Positions 11,685-22,899 of a DNA stretch of 64,000 nt are shown one piece after another. The notes beneath the pieces were generated by a model. The model was given only the letters and a program-made list of their open reading frames with translations, was not told the DNA's origin and searched no databases. A program made the position numbers and the translations under genes. Position 1 is the first letter of the stretch. The number at the start of each line of letters is the position of its first letter. The DNA comes from Eledone cirrhosa. Lineage: Eukaryota. The stretch spans positions 140,244,001 through 140,308,000 of the forward strand of contig OZ024743.1 of assembly GCA_964016885.1 (NCBI GenBank). The letters run 5' to 3'.

Positions 11685-13599
11685 TTGGTGTTTGGTGTTT
11701 GCTGCTTGGTGTTTGGTGCTTGGTGCTTGGTGTTTGGTGTTTTGAGTTTGGTGCTTGGTGCTTGGTGTTTGGTGCTTTGTGCTTGGTGCTTGGTGTTTTT
11801 ACTTGGTGCTTGGTGCTTGGTGTTTGGTTCTTGGTTCTTGGTGTTTGGTACTTGGTGCTTGGTGCTTGGTGTTTGGTGCTTGGTGTTTGGTGCTTGTTGC
11901 TTGGTGTTTGGTGCTTGGTGTTTGGTGTTTGGTGCTTGGTGCTTGGTGTTTGGTGTTTGGTGTTTGGTGTTTGCTGTTTGGTGTTTGGTGTTTGCTGTTT
12001 GCTGTTTGGTGTCTGCTTTTTGGTGTTTGGTGTTTGCTGTATGGTGTTTGCTGTTTTGGTGTTTGGTGTTTGCTGTTTGGTGTTTGGTCTTTGGTGCTTG
12101 GTGTTTGGTGTTTGGTGCTTGGTGCTTGGTGCTTGGTGTTTGGTGTTTGGTGCTTGGTGTCTGGTGCTCGGTGTTTGGTGTTTGGTGCTTGGTGTTTGGT
12201 GTTTGGTGTTTGGTGCTTGGTGCTTGGTGTTTGGTGTTTGGTGCTTGGTGTTTGGTGTTTGGTGCTTGTTGCTTGGTGCTTGGTGCTTGGTGTTTGGTGC
12301 TTGGTGCTTGCTGTTTGGTGCTGGGTGCTGGGTGCTTGGTGTTTGGTGCTTGGTGCTTGGTGTTTGGTGCTTGGTGCTTTGTGCTTGGTCTTTGGTGCTT
12401 GGTGTTTGCTGTTTGGTGCTTGGTGCTTGGTGCTTGGTGTTTGGTGCTTGGTGATTAGTGTTTGGTGCTTGGTACTTGGTGTTTGGTGCTTGCTGTTTGG
12501 TGTTTGCTGTTTGGTGTTTGGTGTTTGGTGTTTGCTGTTTGGTGTCTGCTTTTTGGTGTTTGGTGTTTGCTGTATGGTGTCTGCTGTTTCGTGTTTGGTG
12601 TTTGCTGTTTGGTGTTTGGTGCTTGGTGCTTGGTGTTTGGTGCTTGGTGCTTGGTGCTGGGTGGTTGGTGTTTGGTGCTTGGTGTTTGGTGCTGGGTGCT
12701 TGGTGTTTGGTGCTTGGTGCTTGGTGTTTGGTGCTTGGTGTTTGGTGTTTGGTGCTTGGTGCTTGGTGTTTGGTGCTTGGTGCTTGGTGTTTGGTGCTTG
12801 GTGCTTAGTGTTTGGTGCTAGGTGCTTGGGGTTTGGTGTTTGGTGCTTGGTGTTTGGTGCTTGGTGCTTGGTGTTTGGTGTTTGGTGTTCGGTGCTTGGT
12901 GCTTGGTATTTGGTGTTTGATGTTTGCTGTTTGGTGTTTGTTGTTTGGTGTTTGTTGTTTGGTGTTTGCTGTTTGGTGTTTGGTGTTTGGTGTTTGCTGT
13001 TTGGTGTCTGCTTTTTGGTGTTTGGTGTTTGGTATTTGGTGTTTGGTGCTTGGTGCTTGGTGTTTGGTGCTTGGATCTTGGTGTTTGGTGCCTGGTGTTT
13101 GGTGTTTATTGCTTGTTGCTTGGTGCTTGGTGCTTGGTGTTTGGTGTTTGGTGCTTGGGGTTTGGTGCTGGGTGCTTGGTGTTTGGTGCATGGTGCTTGG
13201 TGCTTGGTGTTTGGTGTTATATGCTTGGTGTTTGATGCTTGGTGCTTGGTGCTTGGAGTTTGGTGTTTGGTGCTTGGTGTTTGATGCTTGGTGTTTGATG
13301 CTTGGTGCTTGGTGCTTGGTGTTTGGTGCTTGGTGCTTGGTGTTTGTACTTGGTGCTTGGTGCTTGGTTCTTGGTGTTTGGTGCTTGGTGCTTGGTGCTT
13401 TGTGTTTGGTGCTTGGTGCCTGCTGCTTGGTGCTTGGTGTTTGGTGTTTGGTTTTTGGTGCTTGGTGTTAGGTGTTTGGTGCTTGGTGCTTGGTGTTTGG
13501 TGTTTGGTGCTTGGTGTTTGGTGCTTGGTGCTTGGTGTTTGGTGTTTGGTGCTTGGTGTTTGGTGCTTGGTACTTGGTGCTTGGTGCTTGGTGTTAGGT

Positions 13600-16500
13600 G
13601 TATGGTGCTTGGTGCTTGGTGTTTGGTTTTTGGTGCTTGGTGCTTGGTGTTTGGTGTTTGGTGCTTGCTGCTGGCTGCTTGGTGCTTGGTGATTGGTGAT
13701 TGGTGTTTGGTGCTTGGTGTTTGGTGTTTGGTGCTAGGTGCTTGGTGCTTGGTGTTTGGTGCTTGGTGCTTGGTGTTTGGTGTTTGGTGTTTGGTGCTTG
13801 GTGCTTGGTGTTTGGTGCTTGGTGCTTGGTGCTGGGTGGTTGGTGTTTGGTGCTTGGTGTTTGGTGCTGGGTGCTTGGTGTTTGGTGCTTGGTGCTTGGT
13901 GTTTGGTGCTTGGTGTTTGGTGTTTGGTGCTTGGTGCTTGGTGTTTGGTGCTTGGTGCTTGGTGTTTGGTGCTTGGTGCTTAGTGTTTGGTGCTAGGTGC
14001 TTGGGGTTTGGTGTTTGGTGCTTGGTGTTTGGTGCTTGGTGCTTGGTGTTTGGTGTTTGGTGTTTGGTGCTTGGTGCTTGGTATTTGGTGTTTACTGTTT
14101 GCTGTTTGGTGTTTGTTGTTTGGTGTTTGTTGTTTGGTGTTTGCTGTTTGGTGTTTGCTGCTTGGTGTTTGGTGCTTGGTGCTTGATGCTTGGTGTTTTG
14201 TGTTTGGTGCTTGGTGCTTGGTGTTTGGTGCTTGGTGCTTGGTTCTAGGTGTTTGTACTTAGTGCTTGGTGTTTGGTGCTTGGTGCTTGGTGCTTGGTGT
14301 TTGGTGTTTGGTGCTTGGTTCTTGGTGCTTGGAGTTTGGTGTTTGGTGATTGTTGCTTGGTGTTTGGTGCTTGGTGCTTTGTGCTTGGTGTTTGGTGTTT
14401 GCTGCTTGGTGTTTGGTGCTTGGTGCTTGGTGCTTGGTGTTTTGAGTTTGGTGCTTGGTGCTTGGTGTTTGGTGCTTGGTGCTTGGTGCTTGGTGTTTGT
14501 ACTTGGTGCTTGGTGCTTGGTGTTTGGTTCTTGGTTCTTGGTATTTGGTACTTGGTGCTTGGTGCTTGGTGCTTGGTGTTTGGTGCTTGGTGTTTGGTGC
14601 TTGTTGCTTGGTGTTTGGTGTTTGGTGTTTGGTGTTTGCTGTTTGCTGTTTGGTGTTTGGTGTTTGCTGTTTGCTGTTTGGTGTCTGCTTTTTGGTGTTT
14701 GGTGTTTGCTGTATGGTGTTTGGTCTTTGGTGCTTGGTGTTTGGTGCTTGGTGCTTGGTGTTTGGTGTTTGGTGCTTGGTGTTTGGTGTTTGGTGTTTGG
14801 TGCTTGGTGCTTGGTGCTTGGTGTTTGGTGTTTGGTGTTTGGTGCTTGGTGTCTGGTGCTTGGTGCTTGGTGTTTGGTGCTTGGTGTTTGGTGTTTGGTG
14901 TTTGGTGCTTGGTGCTTGGTGTTTGGTGTTTGGTGCTTGGTGTTTGGTGTTTGGTGCTTGTTGCTTGGTGCTTGGTGCTTGGTGTTTGGTGCTTGGTGCT
15001 TGGTGTTTGGTGCTGGGTGCTGGGTGCTTGGTGTTTGGTGCTTGGTGCTTGGTGCTTGGTGTTTGGTGCTTGGTGCTTGGTGCTTGGTCTTTGGTGTTTG
15101 GTGTTTGCTGTTTGGTGCTTGGTGCTTGGTGCATCGTGTTTGGTGCTTGGTGATTAGTGTTTGGTGCTTGGTTCTTGGGGTTTGGTGTTTGGTGCTTGGT
15201 GCTTGGTGTTTGGTGCTTGGTACTTGGTGTTTGGTGCTTGGTGTTTGGTGTTTGCTGTTTGGTGTTTGGTGTTTGGTGTTTGGTGTTTGCTGTTTGGTGT
15301 CTGCTTTTTGGAGTTTGGTGTTTGCTGTATGGTGTTTGCTGTTTCGTGTTTAGTGTTTGCTGTTTGGTGTTTGGTGCTTGGTGCTTGGTGTTTGGTGCTT
15401 GGTGCTTGGTACTGGGTGGTTGGTGTTTGGTGCTTGGTGTTTGGTGCTGGGTGCTTGGTGTTTGGTGCTTGGTGCTTGGTGTTTGGTGCTTGGTGTTTGG
15501 TGTTTGGTGCTTGGTGCTTGGTGTTTGGTGCTTGGTGCCTGGTGTTTGGTGCTTGGTGCTTAGTGTTTGGTGCTAGATGCTTGGGGTTTGGTGTTTGGTG
15601 CTTGGTGTTTGGTGCTTGTTGCTTGGTGTTTGGTGTTTTGTGTTTGGTGCTTGGTGCTTGGTATTTGGTGTTTGATGTTTGCTGTTTGGTGTTTGTTGTT
15701 TGGTGTTTGTTGTTTGGTGTTTGCTGTTTGGTGTTTGGTGTTTGGTGTTTGCTGTTTGGTGTCTGCTTTTTGGTGTTTGGTGTTTGCTGTATGTTGTTTG
15801 CTGTTTGGTGTTTGGTGTTTGGTATTTGGTGTTTGGTGCTTGGTGCTTGGTGTTTGGTGCTTGGATCTTGGTGTTTGGTGCCTGGTGCTTGGTGCTTGGT
15901 GTTTGGTGTTTGCTGTTTGGTGTTTGGTCTTTGGTGTTTGGTTTTTGGTGCTTGGTGCTTGGTGTTTGGTGTTTGGTGCTTGCTGCTGGCTGCTTGGTGC
16001 TTGGTGATTGGTGCTTGGTGTTTGGTGCTTGGTGTTTGGTGTTTGGTGCTAGGTGCTTGGTGCTTGGTGTTTGGTGCTTGGTGCTTGGTGTTTGGTGTTT
16101 GGTGTTTGGTGCTTGGTGCTTGGTGTTTGGTGCTTGGTGCTTGGTGCTGGGTGGTTGGTGTTTGGTGCTTGGTGTTTGGTGCTGGGTGCTTGGTGTTTGG
16201 TGCTTGGTGCTTGGTGTTTGGTGCTTGGTGTTTGGTGTTTGGTGCTTGGTGCTTGGTGTTTGGTGGTTGGTGCTTGGTGTTTGGTGCTTGGTGCTTAGTG
16301 TTTGGTGCTAGGTGCTTGGGGTTTGGTGTTTAGTGCTTGGTGTTTGGTGCTTGGTGCTTGGTGTTTGGTGTTTGGTGTTTGGTGCTTGGTGCTTGGTATT
16401 TGGTGTTTGCTGTTTGCTGTTTGGTGTTTGTTGTTTGGTGTTTGTTGTTTGGTGTTTGCTGTTTGGTGTTTGCTGTTTGGTGTTTGGTGCTTGGTGCTTG

Positions 16501-18180
16501 ATGCTTGGTGTTTTGTGTTTGGTGCTTGGTGCTTGGTGTTTGGTGCTTGGTGCTAGGTGTTTGTACTTGGTACTTGGTGTCTGGTGCTTGGTGCTTGGTG
16601 CTTGGTGTTTGGTGTTTGGTGCTTGGTTCTTGGTGCTTGGAGTTTGGTGTTTGGTGCATGTTGCTTGGTGTTTGGTGCTTGGTGCTTTGTGCTTGGTGTT
16701 TGGTGTTTGCTGCTTGGTGTTTGGTGCTTGGTGCTTGGTGCTTGGTGTTTTGAGTTTGGTGCTTGGTGCTTGGTGTTTGGTGCTTGGTGCTTGGTGCTTG
16801 GTGTTTGGTTCTTGGTTCTTGGTGTTTGGTACTTGGTGCTTGGTGCTTGGTGCTTGGTGTTTGGTGCTTGGTGTTTGGTGCTTGTTGCTTGGTGTTTGGT
16901 GCTTGGTGTTTGGTGTTTGGTGCTTGGTGCTTGGTGTTTGGTGTTTGGTGTTTGCTGTTTGCTGTTTGGTGTTTGGTGTTTGCTGTTTGCTGTTTGGTGT
17001 CTGCTTTTTGGTGTTTGGTGTTTGCTGTATGGTGTTTGCTGTTTTGGTGTTTGGTGTTTGCTGTTTGGTGTTTGGTCTGTGGTGCTTGGTGTTTGGTGCT
17101 TGGTGCTTGGTGTTTGGTGTTTGGTGCTTGGTGTTTGGTGTTTGGTGTTTGGTGCTTGGTGCTTGGTGCTTGGTGTTTGGCGTTTGGTGTTTGGTGCTTG
17201 GTGTCTGGTGCTTGGTGCTTGGTGTTTGGTGCTTGGTGTTTGGTGTTTGGTGTTTGGTGCTTGGTGCTTGGTGTTTGGTGTTTGGTGCTTGGTGTTTGGT
17301 GTTTGGTGCTTGTTGCTTGGTGCTTGGTGCTTGGCGTTTGGTGCTTGGTGCTTGGTGTTTGGTGCTGGGTGCTGGGTGCTTGGTGTTTGGTGCTTGGTGC
17401 TTGGTGCTTGGTGCTTGGTCTTTGGTGCTTGGTGTTTGCTGTTTGGTGCTTGGTGCTTGGTGCTTCGTGTTTGGTGCTTGGTGATTAGTGTTTGGTGCTT
17501 GGTGCTTGGGGTTTGGTGTTTGGTGCTTGGTGCTTGGTGTTTGGTGCTTGGTACTTGGTGTTTGGTGCTTGGTGTTTGGTGTTTGCTGTTTGGTGTTTGG
17601 TGTTTGGTGTTTGGTGTTTGCTGTTTGGTGTCTGCTTTTTGGTGTTTGGTGTTTGCTGTATGGTGTTTGCTGTTTCGTGTTTAGTGTTTGTTGTTTGGTG
17701 TTTGGTGCTTGGTGCCTGGTGTTTGGTGCTTGGTGCTTGGTGCTGGGTGGTTGGTGTTTGGTGCTTGGTGTTTGGTGCTGGGTGCTTGGTGTTTGGTGCT
17801 TGGTGCTTGGTGTTTGGTGCTTGGTGTTTGGTGTTTGGAGCTTGGTGCTTGGTGTTTGGTGCTTGGTGCCTGGTGTTTGGTGCTTGGTGCTTAGTGTTTG
17901 GTGCTAGATGCTTGGGGTTTGGTGTTTGGTGCTTGGTGTTTGGTGCTTGTTGCTTGGTGTTTGGTGTTTGGTGTTTGGTGCTTGGTGCTTGGTATTTGGT
18001 GTTTGATGTTTGCTGTTTGGTGTTTGTTGTTTGGTGTTTGTTGTTTGGTGTTTGCTGTTTGGTGTTTGGTGTTTGCTGTATGTTGTTTGCTGTTTGGTGT
18101 TTGGTGTTTGGTATTTGGTGTTTGGTGCTTGGTGCTTGGTGTTTGGTGCTTGGATCTTGGTGTTTGGTGCCTGGTGCTTG
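13600..18180 (+). repeat. Diverged tandem higher-order repeat, unit ~2.3 kb; related partial copies at ~11280-13100 and ~17890-19330
   Basis: Landmark offsets: TTGCTGC TGGCTGC 13665/15980 (2315), TTTGAGT 14441/16749 (2308), TAGATGC 15574/17905 (2331), TTGGATC 15861/18150 (2289). Confidence 0.8.
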
Positions 18181-21100
18181 GAGTTTGGTGTTTGGTGCTT
18201 GTTGCTTGGTGTTTTGTGTTTGGTGTTTGGTTTTTGGTGCTTGGTGCTTGGTGCTTGGTCCTTGGTGTTTGGTGCTGGGTGCTTTGTGTTTGGTGCTTGG
18301 TGCTTCGTGCTTGGTGTTTGGTCTTTGCTGCTTGGTGTTTGGTGCTTGGTGCTTGGTGCTTGGTGTTTTGAGTTTGGTGCTTGGTGCTTGGTGTTTGGTG
18401 CTTGGTGCTTGGTGCTTGGTGTTTGTACATGGTGCTTGGTGCTTGGTGTTTGGTTCTTGGTTCTTGGTGTTTGGTACTTGGTGCTTGGTGCTTGGTGCTT
18501 GGTGTTTGGTGCTTGGTGTTTGGTGCTTGTTGCTTGGTGTTTGGTGCTTGGTGTTTGGTGTTTGGTGCTTGGTGCTTGGTGTTTGGTGTTTGGTGTTTGC
18601 TGTTTGCTGTTTGGTGTTTGGTGTTTGCTGTTTGCTGTTTGGTGTCTGCTTTTTGGTGTTTGGTGTTTGTTGTTTGGTGTTTGGTCTTTGGTGCTTGGTG
18701 TTTGGTGCTTGGTGCTTGGTGTTTGGTGTTTGGTGTTTGGTGCTTGGTGTTTGGTGTTTGGTGTTTGGTGCTTGGTGCTTGGTGCTTGGTGTTTGGTGTT
18801 TGGTGCTTGGTGTCTGGTGCTTGGTGTTTGGTGTTTGGTGCTTGGTGTTTGGTGTTTGGTGTTTGGTGCTTGGTGCTTGGTGCTTGGTGTTTGGTGCTTG
18901 GTGTTTGGTGTTTGGTCCTTGTTGCTTGGTGCTTGGTGCTTGGTGTTTGGTGCTTGATGCTTGGTGTTTGGTGCTGGGTGCTGGGTGCTTGGTGTTTGGT
19001 GCTTGGTGCTTGGTGCTTGGTGTTTGGTGCTTGGTGCTTGGTGCTTGGTCTTTGGTGCTTGGTGTTTGGTGTTTGGTGCTTGGTGCTTGGTGCTTGGTGA
19101 TTGGTGCTTGGTGATTAGTGTTTGGTACTTGGTGCTTGGGGTTTGGTGTTTGGTGCTTGGCGCTTGGTGTTTGGTGCTTGGTACTTGGTGTTTCGTGCTT
19201 GGTGTTTGGTGTTTGCTGTTTGGTGTTTGGTGTTTGGTGTTTGGTGTTTGGTGTTTGGTGTTTGCTGTTTGGTGTCTGCTTTTTGGTGTTTGGTGTTTGC
19301 TGTATGGTGTTTGCTGTTTCGCGTTTGGTGTTTGCTGTTTGGTGTTTGCTGTTTGCTGTTTGGTGTTTGGTCTTTGGTGCTTGGTGTTTGGTGCTTGGTG
19401 CTTGGTGTTTGTTGTTTGGTGCTTGGTGTTTGGTGTTTGGTGTTTGGTGCTTGGTGTTTGGTGTTTGGTGCCTGGTGTTTGGTGCTGGGTGCTTGGTGTT
19501 TAGTGCTTGGCGCTTGGTGCTTGGTGTTTCGTGTTTGGTGCTTGGTGCTTGTTGTTTGGTGTTATATGCTTGGTGTTTGATGCTTGGTGCTTGGTGCTTG
19601 GTGTTTGGTGTTTGGTGCTTGGTGTTTGATGCTTGGTGTTTTATGCTTGGTGCTTGGTGCTTGGTGTTTGGTGCTTGGTGCTTGGTGTTTGTACTTGGTG
19701 CTTGGTGCTTGGTTCTTGGTGTTTGGTGCTTGGTGTTTGGTGCTTGGTGCTTTGTGTTTGGTGCTTGGTGTTTGGTGCTTCGTGTTTGGTGCTTGGTGCC
19801 TGGTGCTTGGTGCTTGGTGCTTGGTGCTTGGTGTTTGGTGCTTGGTGTTTGGTGCTTGGTGTTAGGTGTTTGATGCTTGGTGCTTGGTGTTTGGTGCTTG
19901 GTGTTTTGTGCTTGGTGCTTGGTGTTTGGTGTTTGGTGCTTGGTGTTTGGTGCTTGCTACTTGGTGCTTGGTGCTTGGTGTTAGGTGTTTGGTGCTTGGT
20001 GCTTGGTGTTTGGTTTTTGGTGCTTGGTGCTTGGTGTTTGGTGTTTGGTGCTTGCTGCTGGCTGCTTGGTGATTGGTGCTTGGTGTTTAGTGCTTGGTGT
20101 TTGGTGTTTGGTGCTAGGTGCTTGGTGCTTGGTGTTTGGTGCTTGGTGCTTGGTGTTTGGTGTTTGGTGTTTGGTGCTTGGTGCTTGGTGTTTGGTGCTT
20201 GGTGCTTGGTGCTGGGTGGTTGGTGTTTGGTGCTTGGTGTTTGGTGCTGGGTGCTTGGTGTTTGGTGCTTGGTGCTTGGTGCTTGGTGCTTGGTGTTTGG
20301 TGTTTGGTGCTTGGTGCTTGGTGTTTGGTGCTTGGTGCTTGGTGTTTGGTGCTTGGTGCTTCGTGTTTGGTGCTAGGTGCTTGGGGTTTGGTGTTTGGTG
20401 CTTGGTGTTTGGTGTTTGGTGTTTGGTGCTTGGTGCTTGGTATTTGGTGTTTGCTGTTTGCTGTTTGGTGTTTGTTGTTTGGTGTTTGTTGTCTGGTGTT
20501 TGCTGTTTGGTGTTTGGTGTTTGGTGTTTGCTGTTTGGTGTCTGCTTTTTGGTGTTTGGTGTTTGCTGTATGTTGTTTGCTGTTTGGTGTTTGGTGTTTG
20601 GTGCTTGGTGTTTGGTGCTTGGTGCTTGGTGTTTGGTGCTTGTTGCTTGGTGTTTGGTGCCTGGTGCTTGGTGCTTGGTGTTTGGTGTTTGGTGCTTGGT
20701 GCTTGGTGTTTTGTGTTTGGTTTTTGGTGCTTGGTGCTTGGTGCTTGGTCCTTGGTGTTTGGTGCTGGGTGCTTTGTGTTTGGTGCTTGGTGCTTTGTGC
20801 TTGGTGTTTGGTGTTTGCTGCTTGGTGTTTGGTGCTTGGTGCTTGATGCTTAGTGTTTTGTGTTTGGTGCTTGGTGCTTGGTGTTTGGTGCTTGGTGCTT
20901 GGTGCTTGGTGTTTGTACTTGGTGCTTGGTGCTTGGTGTTTGGTTCTTGGTTCTTGGTGTTTGGTACTTGGTGCTTGGTGCTTGGTGCTTGGTGTTTGGT
21001 GCTTGGTGTTTGGTGCTTGGTGCTTGGTGTTTGGTGCTTGGTGTTTGGTGTTTGGTGCTTGGTGCTTGGTGTTTGGTGTTTGGTGTTTGGTGTTTGCTGT

Positions 21101-22899
21101 TTGCTGTTTGGTGTTTGGTGTTTGCTGTTTGCTGTTTGGTGTCTGCTTTTTGGTGTTTGGAGTTTGGTGTTTGGTGCTTGTTGCTTGGTGTTTTGTGTTT
21201 GGTGTTTGGTTTTTGGTGCTTGGTGTTTGTTTCTTGGTTCTTGGTGTTTGGTACTTGGTGCTTGGTGCTTGGTGCTTGGTGTTTGGTGCTTGGTGCTTGG
21301 TGTTTGGTGTTTGGTGCTTGGTGCTTGGTGTTTGGTGTTTGGTGCTTGGTGCTTGGTGTCTGGTGCTTGGTGCTTGGTGCTTGGTGTTTGGTGTTTGGTG
21401 TTTGGTGCTTGGATCTTGGTGCTTGGTGTTTGGTGCTTGGTGTTTGGCGTTTGGTGCTTGTTGCTTGGTGCTTGGTGCTTGGTGTTTGGTGCTTGGTGCT
21501 TGGTGTTTGGTGCTGGGTGCTGGGTGCTTGGTGTTTGGTGCTTGGTGCTTGGTGTTTGGTGCTTGGTGCTTGGTGCTTGGTCTTTGGTGCTTGGTGTTTG
21601 GTGTTTGGTGCTTGGTGCTTGGTGCTTGGTGTTTGGTGCTTGGTGCTTGGTGTTTGGTGCTTGGTGCTTGGTGTTTGGTGCTTGGTGATTAGTTTTTGGT
21701 GCTTGGTGCTTGGGGTTTGGTGTTTGGTGCTTGGTGCTTGGTGTTTGGTGCTTGGTACTTGGTGTTTGGTGCTTGGTGTTTGCTGTTTGCTGTTTGGTGT
21801 TTGGTGTTTGGTGTTTGATGTTTGCTGTTTGGTGTCTGCTTTTTGGTGTTTGGTGTTTGCTGTATGGTGTTTGCTGTTTCGTGTTTGGTGTTTGCTGTTT
21901 GGTGTTTGGTGTTTGCTGTTTGGTGTTTGGTCTTTGGTGCTTGGTGTTTGGTGCTTGGTGTTTGGTGTTTGGTGCTTGGTGCTTGGTGTTTGGTATTTGG
22001 TGCTTGGTGCTTGGTGCTTGGTGTTTGGTGTTTGGTGCTTGGTGCTTGGTGCTTGGTGTTTGGTGCTTGGTGCTTGGTGTTTGGTGCTGGGTGCTTGGTG
22101 TTTGGTGCTTGGTGCTTGGTGCTTGGTGTTTTGTGCTGGGTGCTTGGTGTTTGGTGTTTGGTGTTATATGCTTGGTGTTTGATGCTTGGTGCTTGGTGCT
22201 TGTTGTTTGGTGTTTGGTGCTTGGTGTTTGATGCTTGGTGTTTGATGCTTGGTGCTTGGTGCTTGGTGTTTGGTGCTTGGAGCTTGGTGTTTGTACTTGG
22301 TGCTTGGTGCTTGGTTCTTTGTGTTTGGTGCTTGGTGCTTGGTGCTTGGTGCTTTGTGTTTGGTGCTTGGTGTTTGGTGCTTGGTGTTTGGTGCTTGGTG
22401 CCTGGTGCTTTGGTGCTTGGTGCTTGGTGTTTGGTGCTTGGTGTTTGGTGCTTGGTGTTAGGTGTTTTGTGCTTGGTGCTTGGTGTTTGGTGTTTGGTGC
22501 TTGGTGTTTGGTGCTTGGTGCTTGGTGTTTGGTGTTTGGTGCTTGGTGTTTGGTGCTTGGTACTTGGTGCTTGGTGCTTGGTGTTAGGTGTTTGTTGCTT
22601 GGTGTTTGGTTTTTGGTGCTTGGTGCTTGGTGTTTGGTGTTTGGTGCTTGCTGCTGGCTGCTTGGTGCTTGGTGATTGGGGCTTGGTGTTTGGTGCTTGG
22701 TGTTTGGTGTTTGGTTCTAGGTGCTTGGTGCTTGGTGTTTGGTGCTTGGTGTTTGGTGTTTGGTGTTTGGTGCTTGGTGCTTGGTGTTTGGTGCTTGGTG
22801 CTGGGTGGTTTGTGTTTGGTGCTTGGTGTTTGGTGCTGGGTGCTTGGTGTTTGGTGCTTGGTGCTTGGTCTTTGGTGCTTGGTGTTTGGTGCTTGGTGC

